Positions 1-14,559 of a DNA stretch of 64,000 nucleotides are shown in pieces. Made by a program: the position numbers and the translations under genes. Origin of the DNA: Antedon mediterranea (Eukaryota > Animalia > Echinodermata). Under the pieces are notes generated by a model. That model had not been told where the DNA came from, did no database searches, and saw only the letters and a list, made by a program, of their open reading frames with translations. Position 1 is the first letter of the stretch. Every line of letters starts with the position of its first letter. The stretch lies in the NCBI RefSeq assembly GCF_964355755.1, contig NC_092675.1, positions 4,149,812 through 4,213,811 on the forward strand, written 5' to 3'.

Positions 1-787
1 ACATTTAGAAAGTAGCTGCCCACATTATGTGGTCTGTGGTGACGTCTTGCCGCAGGAGTCCGCAGTTAATATCGCCAGTCTGATTTGTATCGGATATAAA
101 TGAAATTATTTAAATGAGTTTTTAACAACAAATTTCCAGCCAATTTGGTTGATCTAGATCTGAAGTCTTTACATTCATTAGGGCATAATGTTGCCTTGGT
201 GATCCTTTTGTAGTTAAGTGATGATATTTGAAGTATTATTGTACATCAACTCAACATTATGTGAAGATGTTCAGGTTATCGCAAACTGTGTTAATTGTAT
301 CATAATGTATTAGAACTGGATTTTATATTTAAGAATTGCTGTTAAACTCTTTATATTTCAAGTTTTCTTTTTTTTTTACTTGTGTAGCCCGACGTTTGTT
401 GGTTTTGCAGATTGAAAAATATAGTATAGGTGGGATCTGTGGTAGCTAAATAGTAGTAATTCATACAAACCTTCCTTGTTTCCTGACATTTCTTTTCCTT
501 ATTTCTCTTTATACACTTTACAATATTGTTATGATTATGATGCATTCATATTTGTAACACAGTTTTATACTACCAACAATATTCTCAAGAATAGATCATT
601 TACAGGCTGATGGTAGCAATAGAGAATCCATCTGCAATGTGTTTTAAGTTTATATATATAAAATATTGCTGATATGCCGCAGAATTTGTTTATATATATA
701 AAAGTATCTCTTCGGAGATCCCGCCTTGTGAATAAAAATACTGAAAGATGAGGGCGTATCAATTTGATCTCTGGTGCGCGTGCGTAC

Positions 788-1056
788 AACTGAGGACTAG
801 TGCTGTTCCGCCGTATCACGCCGAGAATGTTAAAGAGTCGCTATCCAATCGAGTTTGAACAATACCATGAAAGCCCCAGTGGTCTAATGGTTAGGACATC
901 TGCATATCAAGCAGGCGGTCCAAGTTCGAGTCTCGGTTGGGGCGAATTTTTCTCATTCTCACAGATTTCCTCATCTTTATCGTTTAAAATTAATTAATTA
1001 AATTTCAGTATATCACCGGGTGGTTTAGAATTACTGTTCTTTGCCTGATTTGTTTA
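788..1056 (+). mobile_element. Dispersed retroposon with internal tRNA-like module, copy 1 (may extend further 5')
   Basis: Aligns over ~270 bp with the inverted copy at 14287-14559 and over its 3' half with 41072-41200. Confidence 0.8.
873..944 (+). tRNA. tRNA-Asp-like cloverleaf, anticodon ATC (likely repeat-borne pseudo-tRNA)
   Basis: Acceptor GCCCCAG/TTGGGGC, D stem GTCT/GGAC, anticodon stem TCTGC/GCAGG with loop ATATCAA, T arm CCAAG-TTCGAGT-CTCGG, G discriminator. A and B boxes are present and TTTTT follows. Confidence 0.5.
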
Positions 1057-2484
1057 TAAAAGGTATAATGTATAGCCTATTGTACATCAAGTTTTAGGTA
1101 TGGGAGTAAACCTAGGAACCAACATGTAACCAACGCTATGATATTATAGATTAAGATTAAGTAGATTTTAATGCTATTTTATTAGGAAATATAATCATTA
1201 AAAAGATATATGCTGTAAACCAAGGTAACAACAAGCATTCCAAGGGAGCATACCTCCACCCACACATAGCATAAGCGGAATATTAACACACAAACGAAAC
1301 ACTTTGTGAAGTATAACACCCTATAGTTTTCCTAAATAAGTACCTGGACGTGTGGATTTTTCCACAGACAAACCAAAAACAAACAAAACATTTGGAAAGA
1401 CAATAATAGCAAAATAGCAAAATAGGAAAGAAAGTATAACCTGACGTACATAACAATGTATTTTTTGTGTCAATTTTCTTTAGACTGTAATAGTCTTCTC
1501 CAGCTTAAGTACATACTAATGCATACTTTTACTAGAATGCAAAAACATAATATAATTCTGCAGTCCAAATGAGAAATCTAAGACGGATTGAAAATCAAGG
1601 CTCAAGTGAGCAATCCAACAACTAAAGATAAATAATGCAAGGGATACAAATGTCATATCAAATCAATTGATGTTATTTGCCTGCTAACTGATGTTGACTA
1701 GATCAATCATATTTCATGAATTTGCTATGCTGATCTGATGCAAGGTGTAAATTATACGAGTCCAAAGGCATTTATATTACAGGCATTTAAAAAAGCAGTA
1801 CCGGCACTAGTACAAATACTTGATAAAGTAGTTTGGTATAAATGATGGCTAGGATGATAATTCAAGTTGTTAGAAGACCAGTTTGAATTATCATTTTTTA
1901 ATTTAGTCTTAATATAATCTATTCATGCCAATTAATATCCATCCACATTACTATTATCCGTGCCATCCCTATCTACTGTATCCTCGCCAAATAAATTCCA
2001 TTTCTTTAACTTTGCAAATTTATAATTTTTAAATATGCTCATATACTTTCGATTTATCTTTTTTTTTTTCCAAATAAAATATACTTAATTTTAGGCTTGA
2101 TGGGAACTCTTAGAATTAGCTTGTGTTACTCTGAAGAATCGGATGACAAAAATTCCATATTTTGTAATACCGGTAATAATAAGTATAAATAAATTGATTA
2201 TAATATATACATTTTGATTATACTAAGTAAAGTAACCTTTTAAACTAGACAGATTTAAATTATAACTAAATTGTAAATCAATCACTTAATATTTCTTAAT
2301 AGTTCCTGTGGTATAGACTCATTCATGATTTTGTTTAATTAAGTATTTTGTTCTTTAAACTTTTATAAATGAAGGTAATTGCAATAGAGTTTTACCTACT
2401 TACAGGGATGTATGATTCTGATCATATGATGGGCACAATTCTTTTAGCAACAATAGTTACATTAAAATGACCCTATTCTAATTA

Positions 2485-2717
2485 GCTTCCATTTCAATTG
2501 AGCATCCCATTCAAATGGGCATCCCATTCAAATAAGCATCCCATTTGAATGAGCATCCCATTCAAATGAGCATACCATTCATATGAGCATACCATTCAAA
2601 TGGGCGTCCCATTCATATGAGCATACCATTCATATGAGCGTACGATTCAAATGGGCGTCCCATTCAAATGAGCATACTTATCAAATGGGCGCTCCATTGC
2701 AATGAGATTCCCATTCC
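2485..2717. repeat. 17-bp minisatellite, ~13 copies
   Basis: Unit CATCCCATTCAAATG(A/G)G repeated head to tail without spacers. Confidence 0.9.
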
Positions 2718-5700
2718 ACTGATCATACATACATTTTGTAAGTATTGTATATTCTTTTATAAAAATTAAATTACTGTGACCTAGATTGTATCAACAATTT
2801 CAGCTGCTAAATCTTTTAGATAGGTTTTCACTTAGATTAAAAATAAAACTAAATTAAATTGGAAATAAAGAAATTTCATTAAAATTTATTTTCAATTTTC
2901 TTTTTCAAATCATGTCATGATTGCTGATAACTTCACTAATTACAAAATATTGATTAACTAAAATTGTGAATAAAACCTTTGAACCTAGTCGGTCTAGCTT
3001 TCCACATTTTTAGCCGATTGGAATCGAGGTCCACGTTTTCAATTATCAAATGTCTTGAAAGTATTGATTTGTGGAGAATTTAAGCTAAATTATTGCTTAT
3101 TGAGTTTGATATTGTATGAACCAATGAGATGTTACTATTATCGTAATTAATACTTTAAAGGAACTGGGTCAATGCATTACTACTTCTAGTTAGTTACAGT
3201 AGTTTATAGTTATTATATGCCGTTTCTCCCCCTGAATAATATTAATTGTGTATGTGTGTGACCGATTTCAAACTGCTAAGATACTAGCTCCAGGATAGGT
3301 TTCAAAAGAAGTCCCCCTCTAAATTTGGAAAATTAAAAGGATAGCAGGTTATTAAGTTAAGCACTTATTTAACCATTTTTAGGTCATGGTCTTTTCCACT
3401 TCCTTTCCCTATTTCAAAATCTTAGATCATTCACTGTACTTTGCACTTACTTTGTGCAGCCTAGCGATACCTATGTCTACAGGAGGGTCTGCTTGTGGAA
3501 GCCAGAAATGGGCTTAAAGACCAAGATGTTGGGTGGGCTTATAACGGAGGACCTGTTGCTTACATCTGACAGGGCTCATCTCTTGATATTGATAGAGAAT
3601 GATAATGAGAATGCATATTCATTTAGAATGATCGCTTTAAGATTAAAATAGTATTAGTTTATCAATGACAAGCGAGGTGTGGAATTACACGCACCACGAG
3701 GTGTTAGATTTCAGTCGCTAGCACGTCTGTGAAGAAGATTTATGCGATCCAAAATTGTACGATGTACGTACATGCAGACAAGACAGAGAACCTGTCTGTT
3801 TAATCTTGGCCATTAGAAAAAAGAACAAGACAAATTAGGGTGCATTAAATAAGGGCATTATAACTGTATTTTTATTCAACTATAAATTATTAAGAAAACA
3901 AGCTAAACAATGGAATTATTTATGAAGTTTAATACACTCCTCCTTCTGTGTTGAATTATGCTAATTTAAATTATTTTCTACCACATATTCACAATCTTTA
4001 GTAACATCCGTAATTTGTAATTATTGAAATTGCTTAGGGAATTCGGAAACAAATATCCAATTAATCTGAGCATAATGTAGGCTGTATTTATTTGTGTATT
4101 AATGATTTCCTAATGTACACAGTTTAATAATAAACAGCTGTTTATGGATTTATCTTTTACAATGGACATTCAAGAAAAAGATTATTACTGGAATACAAGA
4201 AAAAGATTGGAAAAGTGTTAGAAAATTGATGCACTAATATAATAACTCAATTTCGTTTGAATAAAACCATTTAATTGAGGTTAAGTTACATAAAAAAAAA
4301 ACATACTTGGAAATTAAAATTGCTTTATTTTACATTATGGTTTAGGAAACATTTTTATTTTAATGAATACTGTTTTTTTTAAACGATTCCTTTAATTTTT
4401 TATATTAAATTTTACTTTAATTACTTAAAAAAAAGAATAATATTTTCCTTTTACTATCTTCCTTATAAAAATGAGGCCTCTTTTTTCTGTTTCTTTAAGC
4501 AATATATTAATCATCATTTTAAATCCAACATTAGTTAAAAGCTTTAAATATTTTATTAGTTGCAAAAATATTTCCACGAGTATTATAGACATGCAGTGAG
4601 CTAAATTCTTGCCAAGAATAATGTAGAATTATTCATTAATCTGTGGCTGTAGTCATGCCAAACCATTTTGATTAGATTCCGAAATATAGAGAGAATACGG
4701 AAAATAAATCTAAAGAAATAAACACAGGAGAATGGAATTTGTTTAGGTTTCAAAGGAATGGATATTTTTAGAGTAGGAAGAGAAGGGGTAGGGAAAGCAA
4801 TATTATAAGGAAAGGGGATAAATGGTAGAAGAGGGAAACAAGGTTTGGGATAGAAAGAAGGATAACAAAAGTAGGATTAAAAGTGCAGATACAGTAGACG
4901 GATATTGTAAAAGAAGAAGTAATAATAGAAGATAGAGAATCATCATAAAGACAAACGTTGCTCTATGATAGATTGTAATATTTATTAATAATCTAAAAGA
5001 ACGCTATACCAATTGCCAAAAAAAAAGTCTAAACTTTGACATTTGAATCACGTACAGGGTAATATATCCTCTATTATTCACACAACAAAATGTGCAAATT
5101 AATTTAAAAGAAGAATAAGTCGTATTTGTGCACAGCATGTTCCGAATTTCTTTGCGTGATGCTGATTTTAAAAGTCTAATTTTTACATTGTCAAGTATCT
5201 TTTTATTTATGATTTGTGTCAATCCAACTCAAATGTTTTCATAAAACTGTTTTCTTAATATTTCAAATGAGAAATTCTTTGAAAATTGAATTGCTACTTC
5301 ACAGAAAAGTTAAAATATATTCATTTTATTATTTAGTAGCGGTGAATGGAATTGTTCACAGAAAAGACTTAACTTAAGTAGCTTGCTAAAACAAATGTGC
5401 TTTTTCAAAAACATTACTGAATGCTTTATGTTTTGTTTTTCTACACTACGTCCATTAATTGTGTTATTTTAAAACGCTGTAAGTTGAATGAGAATGAAAA
5501 TATCATATTCATCATATGTAATTAGTAAATCAACAGTAAATTTGCAATAGACAGTGGGAAGAAATTGATATGTGGTATATTGTTGTTACTGTTCTGTTCA
5601 TAACAAATTAATAATGTGTATCAATTATATAGAGTTTCAGGCATGTTATAAAAAGATATTAGAAATTATCCCTGTAGAATAGCATACAAATGTCATCAAT

Positions 5701-6495
5701 AAATCATATATTTATAGAAAATGTCAGCGGTACCAGGTCACTACTTGTGTCGTCAGTTATTCATGTCGGTGTCATCATTATCATCACCATCATTATTTTT
5801 ACCGTTGTCAATATTTATCATTTATCATATAACCATCAATATCTTTTAATATAGTTTTAGTGTAAATCATTACTCATTTTTGTCATTGCTGTCAATCAAT
5901 GTCAAATTTGTCATTGTCAATCAATGCCATTTTTGTCAATGTCATTATTGTCACTGATGATTAAAGATGATCAACCTTAAAATATTAAAATCAAATTTCA
6001 AGGTTGTCTTTAGTCATGAGAATCCTGCTTGCTTTCTAGAATTTTGATTTATTCCGACAGGTTAAAAAAAAAAAAATTTCCATGTACCAAGGCATAGCTG
6101 AATATGTTGAATGTTCTGGTTTTTAGGCTCTGTATAAATTATTCACGTTGAATGCTATAATTCATTCAAGTTTATTTTAAGTAACTCAACCTTAACATCT
6201 TTAGATACAGTACTAATAACAGGACAGGTATCAATCTTGTAATACCTTGATAATAATGTCTAAGTACTATTAATATTAACAATTTATAGATTTTGGTTAG
6301 TGTTTTATGGGCAAACCTACCTTTTAAAAACAAATGCTCTTACATTGAAACTGTACACATTTGATACAAAATATCATTAAAAAAAATCAATGTTTGCCAA
6401 ATTCCATAGAACCATCTTTTTTCCATAGTTTTACAAATTACAATTTTTTAAATAAGTTGAAATAATGTGGACTACATTGCAAAATGGCAATGTAA

Positions 6496-6613
6496 AGTTT
6501 GTTTCCCACTCCGACACGACGCTACGCAAGGGCGTACACCCCGTAACCGAAAGTAAACAACGTGATGGATTATCTGTTGTTTATGATTGGTCAACTCAGT
6601 AGAACCAAGATTT
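6496..6613. mobile_element. Degenerate copy of MITE family B
   Basis: AGTTTGTTTCCCACT...ACGCAAGG...AGTAGAACCAAGAT resembles the ends of 47323-47501. Confidence 0.5.
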
Positions 6614-8789
6614 AAGCTTTATTTCTCAGTGCCAGTCCATAACTATATGGTGTTCAACTACTGTATAATGCCTTTCCCTAGCTCATACAATTGAAATAAT
6701 TTGATTACCTATCAGTAATATAATTGGTTTTAGGAATTTCTTAAATACCAGTCTTTGCATTAAATATATATATAATTTTATAATTATATCTTATGCATTC
6801 ATTTTTGAGCAGCATCTATTTAGCCAAACTATTTAAATTGCACTTCTCACAAAAATAGTTTTATCAGATAAGTGGTCTAAAAACATGAAGAAGTTAATAT
6901 CATTTTATATATGAAACATATACTGTTTCTGCTGCCAAGAAAAATAGAAGGTATTCAATCATACATAATTCATGTGTTTTATTTCTTTAGTTGAAGCAGA
7001 GAGATGTAAAATAAATTTATTTTACATCTCCCTGGTCGAAGAAACATATTACCACCTTGCCAACATCATTGTTTGATGCACATGTTATAATAGTTTTGAG
7101 GAAAATGTTTAGCTACCAGCCATGTCAAGGTTGCAAGTATATGAAACTTCCTTCCGCTAAAAAGCGATTAAAGTACGATCTTAAATCCAATAGACTTATT
7201 ACAGGCACCTAGTAGTTACCGAGTACTCCCTTACGGACACATTACATTCTAAGAAGGTATATAGATAAGTTGGCCTTGCCTAACTGTATGGAAAAAATGT
7301 AACGCATTTTAAAGTAAAGAGAACAAATTTTAGGGTGTAGGGCGTGACTAATCATTCAATATTTCCTAGGTTTAATCTGTGACTCCTTGCTAGATTTATA
7401 AATGAATACAAAAGTGCAATTTAAATATACCTGCATATTGGAGGACCAAATGTATCGTGTTGACTTACTTTACATCCACTTTGAATTTTGCATGAAAATG
7501 ACTGAAAATGTTATGGAAGGCTTACACCTCACTGTGAACATGACTTATTGTATGGTGAATGGCTTTGAAATGTTCTTCCATTCACATAGCAACGTCTTGT
7601 AATTGTAGTGTGTGGAATTTGTAGCAATTAAAACATATAGTGATGATATCCTATTCTTTTGAGAATCATAACTAAGTAGAATATTACAGGATAGTAATTA
7701 TGGACTTGAAGATTATCAGATTTCGTTGTGATGAAAGGCTAGCCTGGTGGTCCCTAGTTAGTGGTATATATATAAAGGGTTCAAAACATTTTGGTTGGTG
7801 TTTGAATGAAAAAAAGTAAAGTTTTTTAAAAGCTAAAATAAAAGTAAAGTTGTAAATAGAATTGCATTTAAGTTGCAATATTTATTGTCAAGATTGTGTC
7901 TCATAGGAGAAGATTATAAACTAATAATTGTTGATGGGTGACGTACCTGACGTAAATGCATACTCACGGTATAAACATTTTATATATGTAACCGACGTAC
8001 ACACACAAAAAATAAAATGTGCATAATTAGGAACCATTAGGCTTACGGGAAGCTTGAAAATATTAAATAAATTAAATTAGTGGGCAATGACAGTTATTAG
8101 AAAGTTTGTAGAAACAACTATCCAATCAGCAAACATAACAAGGTAAACTAATCTATTGATTCTTCTTGTCTTAATGTTATGCCTGTGATTACAATTACTT
8201 TTGTGTATTTAATTAGCTAGTTAATTATCATGGTCATATTATAATTTGAAGATTGATTATCCTTGTACAATCAATTAGCTAATTTTCAAATTTAAAGATA
8301 AACAAAGGTGAATAAAACAAAATAAAAAAAAAAAAACGAACCTGTTTTCTTCCAGACAATGTTTAATTCAATATATTTTTCATACATCTTTAATAAATTT
8401 AATACATTTTTATTGAAGAATAAAGGTTTGATGTACAAAAACAAATATCCATCTTTACAAATTAATATATTCAAAGTTTGCAGTTCTTTAGTGACTGTTT
8501 AACAACACTCAACTTTTAAAGTTATTTACATTTTGGTAGAAGCTAAAATACATTTTCAAGATTAAGTTTACACATTTGATGTTAGTACAAATGCAATGCA
8601 CTTTTGAAAAACATACAGTTTGAGTAAGAGTAGCAAATATCTTGCCAATTTAAAAGAACATTTCGTGCAGATTCATTTCTACAATATTCAGTCCAGTTCT
8701 ACAGGCCTTTTGATTGGTAATTCTAATTGTTAAAAATGTTACATGTATTATTCTTGGTCCTAAAGCTTAACAGGAAACTGAGGAAATTC

Positions 8790-8925
8790 GGATTAGGCGA
8801 CCCACGACAGTCAGCAGTGCAGCGCCTACCAGATCAGTACACCGGAAGATGATCCCCTACTCTTTTTAAATAGCGTACCAAGTTCTTTAACATGCACTTA
8901 AATGTACACGGCTTACATCCCATCC
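8790..8925 (-). mobile_element. SINE fragment with Deu/Nin-like core
   Basis: ACCAGATCAGTACACCGG...CCCCTACTC...GTTCTTTAACATGCAC is shared with 62392-62490 and related to 45030-45205. Confidence 0.55.
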
Positions 8926-11261
8926 AAAACAAAAACACATTATGTCTTGCAAAGGAAACACTATGCAATTCAACTTGACTTTGAAAATTAAGTTTGTTAC
9001 TTATTTCGTTTCACTGAAATTGATATGCTAGGTTAAAAATTCTTGGTGAAACTTTCTTCCAGTTCATTGAAGATGTACTATGAAGTTAGGGTTAACATTC
9101 TCACCATCATAAGTAAATTAAGACAAGTGCTCCATAAAATATAACAATTTTCTCATTTCTAAAACATGTAAACTCTTTAGTGGAACAAATTATAAAAACT
9201 GTTAAATCCCAGAAGAATATGCAAAATTATTTGATACTGTATCAACAAATATTTAGTAGTTTAAATGAAATCTAAGCCAGATATCTTTTATTTTGTTATC
9301 GTGTCAGAATTGGCTAATTTTGAAAACATATAAACTCTTTAGAATCGAGTATAAAAATGTGTGACACCATTTGATATTTAATCAATGATCATGTTGCAGT
9401 TCTAACAATATCCAACGGAAATACGAGCTGGTTTTTATAAATAATTCATTCTTTTGTATATTTGAATATATTATCCAGGAAGGAAAATCAAGTCAGAAAG
9501 TGTATTCATCAATCTAGTAGTTAAAAGAAATGAAAACTGGATAAAAAATTGGGAATATTTATGTTGTTTGATCATATCATATTTTATGGCTCTATTTCCA
9601 ATCTTCAATTTAGTTTAATTCCACTTTTATATTCATTGATTTCACCAAAGCTATACAGTTAAATATAAACCAGGTCTAAAATATATTGTTTCATAATGAA
9701 ATTGATTTTAAAGAACTCTAATGTTGTTGGCCTCTATTCTGTCTTCCTCATCAATTCCCCTTGGTCTTAAATATGTATTCTACTGTTGAAGAACACAATA
9801 TAGCTGTCTCCTCATGAACCCCGTCGTGAGGTGGTTTCCCGAATGATCGTAAAATCAAAACGGTACTGGGTATGACCAACTAGCGTTATTGTCACCAACT
9901 AGTCATCCATTCATAGAAGTACTGATGTAGTAGCCTATCTGTACGGTGACCATAGAATGGTACCAGAGACATGACTAACTACGACTTTTAGTTGATAGAA
10001 GATTGAAAACATTTTGTTAAGAAGAGTTGTACTGTATGTGGATATTTATTGAAAGTATGTCAATAATGTTTACACACTAGGCATATAAATAGTAATGTTT
10101 GTTAGTAAAAATAATTTTGAGTTAATAAGAATAAGATATAAGGAAGAAAAGCAAAGAGACTATGGACACAATATAGCTGTCTTCTTCTTAACCCACACCC
10201 AACCAAACAATTATACAAATATAGTGATGGATCAATACTTGTCCCATTTTTCTAATGTATATTTTTAGATCATGGTGACATCTTTTATGATGTGTACAAA
10301 CCTTTATACCCAGGTGAATTTTTGCCTACCACCCACCATATAAAAGATTGCTTGTTTATAAGTTCCTAGTAACTGTTTATCAAACTTTCAATGCTCTCTA
10401 TGATGCCTTTTAATTATACATCAGGGTACACTTTGAAGATATTATCAAGGGCCACCACTTATTGCATGTTTCTAATTTTGTTTTTCAACATCATAGAAAT
10501 GGTCCATTTACACAGTATGACGAATAAGATGGTGATTGTACTAAATTCTGTCATCATCTCCCCATGACTTTTACTTTTTGAATCTGATTATAATTCAATT
10601 TAAGGAAATTTCATTTGCTATTGGTGTTTACAAAGCCCTATTCATTATGTCATTTCCTGAAAGAGATTTTAAATGCCCTAGATGAGGCAAGTGACTTACA
10701 TCATTGAATTGTAATATGGCCCTAGGGTGAATTTGACAAACCTTTTTTTTACCCACGATTTATGCGATATTATATTATCACTTATTGATCTAAAAATAAT
10801 ATATACCATAATACAATTATGATGCCCTATATTTACAAGTCAACGAAAATGCCAACCTAATGGAGGTTAATTGTCCTCACATTGTACTGTAGTTATGTCT
10901 ATTGTTAGTTTGTGGGATTTTATAATGCAAGCCGTGGGTGTATTTCACATGCATTAGCTTCAGGTCTTTCCCTACTTGGTCACTTTTCTGTATTACATTG
11001 AAATCAAAATCAATCAAGACCTCAATTCTACCAAAAAATGCTTATAGATTATTTCAACCATACTTAAATACACATACAGTCTTTGTAGAAACATTTTTCA
11101 AAGAAATTAACAACATGAAATATACTGTAGTTATATTGTATAATATTCATTCAATCAATCTGGTCCATAGAAAATAAATTATGTATAAGCAACAAAATAA
11201 ACTGTACTACAAGACAATGCGCTCTCATCTCAAGATGGCATTCCAACTGAAAAGCATCTAC

Positions 11262-11640
11262 AGTGATTGTGATTCTTCTTTATTGTATCAAACAAAAACA
11301 ATTTCAATACAAAAGGTAGCCAAGATATAGCCGAAGCTAATCAAGCTTGGTACCTTTTATCTTAACTAACTTAAGCTACGAAATTAACAAATAAATAACA
11401 GAAATTAAAAAAAAAAATAAAATTTGATAACGTCAAAAACAACACAAAACATTTTGAATAATAAATAAATAACATAACATAACATAAAGTGCTGTATGTA
11501 TTATACTGTAAAAAACAAAACCTTATCAGTTCAATAGATAATATCTGATGAATTAACAATATATAAAACATTGTAAATTATAGATTATTCTTATATAAAG
11601 ATGTTTTCTATAATCGTTGAGACTAAAACATTTATATACC
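11262..11640 (-). mobile_element. LINE (CR1/L2 group) 3' UTR remnant
   Basis: On the minus strand a T-rich tract, a stem-loop (AAGGTACCAAG...CTTGGCTACCTT), AATAAA and a short (AATCAC)n tail; same layout as 36465-36595. Confidence 0.45.
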
Positions 11641-13124
11641 GTATATCATTTAATTCTATGACTTAGACTTGATAAGAACCAGCTACAGGACTGATGCTAT
11701 TTCTCCTAGCTATTAATTACCAACAGTTTTATGTGTCTTATCAGTAAATTTAGAAATATTGTTATTACATATAAATAATGCATTTAAATACCTTTAAAGA
11801 AATATATGAATTATTCAACCTGTACTATATATTAATATACTCATGAAAAAGAAATACAAGAACTTACCACAAGATCATCAATTACACTTTGTAAGATAAT
11901 AAATACCAGTGATGAAAAACTGTGCCATGTGGCAATGTTATGATAAGCAAAAAGTGTTTATGTAATAAAAAAAAAATATCCTAGCTTGAATTCATGTACA
12001 GATTCCTAATTCGGGTCTTATTAGAATGTCTCAAGTACATTAATTACATTCACCCACGCACATGCTTTCATACGTGTGGAGACTAATGATGTTTTGAAAT
12101 CATGAATATTACATAACTGTATAGATAATAATGTATATAAATTAGCTAATAGGGTTGCTGAATTATTGTTATATGTATATGAAGTAAGTGTTGTTCAAAT
12201 TTCATGCTTGAGTTGTGCTTCTAAAGTCCTCATAACATTAATGTTTAATGTGATTGATTGATTGATTTATTGACTAGTACACAAATGTTGGCCTTTTCTA
12301 CAATGAGAATGAAGTGTAGAGTGATATAATACAAACTAAAGTTGTGTTAAAAACGTATTATAATAAAATTGAAAATTATGATCCCTACAAAGACCATGGT
12401 ACTATTTGCGTGGTAATAACCATAGAACTTTTCCATGTGAACTACAAAATGTAGGTCTTTTCAGTTCAAAAGTTATCGCCAAGTTTTGTCTTTTTCCTAT
12501 TGTTGTCATGGCTCCTTCTGTCATGCAAATAAGGTTTATTGTATATAAGTTGACATGATTTAATAAATTTTGACTACTATAACAACAGATGATTGCCCAT
12601 CAAACTAATATGCCAATTATAGTTTCCCTGGATAAAGTTACACTTGTATTGTATAAAAGCAATTGTAGATGATTTTCTGTAATTTAAAACTAGATAATTT
12701 CAAATTTCCTGCAGTCAATTCATTACTTATTTGACGTTTAAGTGGTATAGTATTTATAGTAGTGAAATCTGAAGTACAATTTTTCCAGTTCCCAATTCAA
12801 GCGACATAATTGGTACATGTTCAAGCCACTCCTTGAGCATATAGTTCTAGTATTACTGGAGGTCTGATGTACATTTATGTCTTGTGTGCCTTAACAAAAA
12901 AACCAGTGCATCTTTCGGTAAGGGAGTAACCCTGTGTTCTGGTAAATTTTTAGACTCTGTCGTTAATTGGTACCGAATCTATCTACAAGCTTTGCTTTCA
13001 GTACTTGTGTCTAACTTGTAATACACTTCAAAGTCAAAGTAAGAATTCTAAAAGCTCAATAAAATGGACTAAATTGTTGTCAATATTAATTGTAATAGGC
13101 CTACATTACGAAAAAGTCCTCCCA

Positions 13125-13430
13125 TGTAGAATTGTGGAATGACTTGAATTACGAACTACAAAGTACCAAATCAATATATATATTTAAATCATTGTTTAAA
13201 GAATATTTATTATCATTTTACAAATAATTTTAAAAATAATACTTGTTGCAGGATTTAGCTTTTTTATTATTTTTGTTTTAGTTTTTTAGGCTAGTTAGGG
13301 ACATAGGGGGACACAACTAATCAAGCTCTTTTGAGTTTTTATGTGTTTCCTTTTCATCTTTTTTATGTTCTCATATATTGTTGTTGTATATTTTCATGAT
13401 TGAGGATGAATAAAGAATATTTGAATTTTA
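13125..13430 (+). mobile_element. LINE (CR1/L2 group) 3' remnant
   Basis: Reads LWNDLNYELQSTKSIYIFKSLFKEYLLSFYK*, paralleling the C-terminus of the 35773-36324 ORF. A stem-loop UTR, AATAAA and TTGAA tail follow. Confidence 0.65.
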
Positions 13431-14286
13431 ATTATGTACAGCAACTATCATTTCTTTTCATAACGCCATTGCTTTGCGAGCTAAAAGTATGATTTGGATT
13501 CTTCTTGATTTTACAAGTTTCTTAAAGCTTACTGTGTTTTACGTCTTGTATTTGCTGAGTAAATAGTGTCCCGATCATAATAACAACATAATGTATAAAT
13601 AATACCATTGTTTTTTAAAAATAAGAATCGAGTTTGTTGAATAAGCTACTGTAGGACAAATCAAAGATTTGAAGTAGTACTACCAACACCATTATTGGTT
13701 TTTGTTCTAATTATTGGAAAACTCAAATATTCATGACGTTTCTCTCGTAGTTAACATTAGTGATGAGCAAGTTATGTTTCAGATATGTTTTGCTTTAATT
13801 AGGCAGAATTCAGTAGCATGATTGAAATCCTTTAAACAAATCTGCATGGAAATGAGAATGCATCGACCTAATTACTTATGTTAATACTTTCCTAATCTAT
13901 TTATATTACAAACGCTTGATAGCAAGTTATTAGAATAATTTTTTGGTTTATAATGAAAGCAAACAAATATATTCCTCAATTAAAAATATTAACATTTATT
14001 AACCGTCATTTAGCTTTTTACAGAATCAATTAAAATGTTTTTACGGTCAAATAAATATGGTAAACTAATTCCTTGTTCTCTAAAAAAATGAATAAATTAT
14101 AAATAGAAAATATACATTACAAACGCAATAGTGGATGATCACCTAATGATTTAAATTACTATCAGTTTGCTTGACAGCATAAATGTCAAATAAATAATAA
14201 AAATGTCAATAAAAATGTCAATGTTCATAATTTATATTAGTACTATTGAACTATTTGTGTATTATATTTCAAGATAAAAAAATATA

Positions 14287-14559
14287 TAAACACAACAGGC
14301 ATAGAAATAAATTCCAAACCGCCCGGTGATACACTGAAAATTATTTAATTAATTTTTGAAACGATAAAGATGAGGAAATCTGGGAGAATGAGAAAAAGTC
14401 GCCCCAACTGAGACTCGAACTCGGACCGTCTGCTTGATATGCAGTTGCCCTAACCATTAGACCACTGGGGTTTTCATGGTATTGTTCTTTAACTCGATCG
14501 GATAACGACCCTTTAACATTCTCGGCGTGGTACGGTTGGAACACAACTAGTCCTCAGTT
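14287..14559 (-). mobile_element. tRNA-carrying retroposon, copy 2 (tRNA-like module 14400-14471)
   Basis: Reverse complement of 788-1056. Flanked by the direct repeat AAGATAAAAAAATATA(TA) at 14271 and 14560, consistent with a target-site duplication. Confidence 0.8.

Noticed and set aside
1-330. Possible degenerate coding or transposon fragment on the minus strand (QTGDINCGLL)
   Set aside because: Too short, interrupted by stops and cut by the window edge; it cannot be supported without a search.
788-875. Hammerhead ribozyme (CTGAGGA...GAAA) upstream of the tRNA-like module
   Set aside because: I could not form stem II between the core strands or find stems I and III. An Infernal search would be decisive.
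800-997. Homologous 65/67-aa ORFs at 800-997 and 14341-14544
   Set aside because: The similarity reflects the shared repeat; they are translations across a tRNA-like sequence with differing N-termini.
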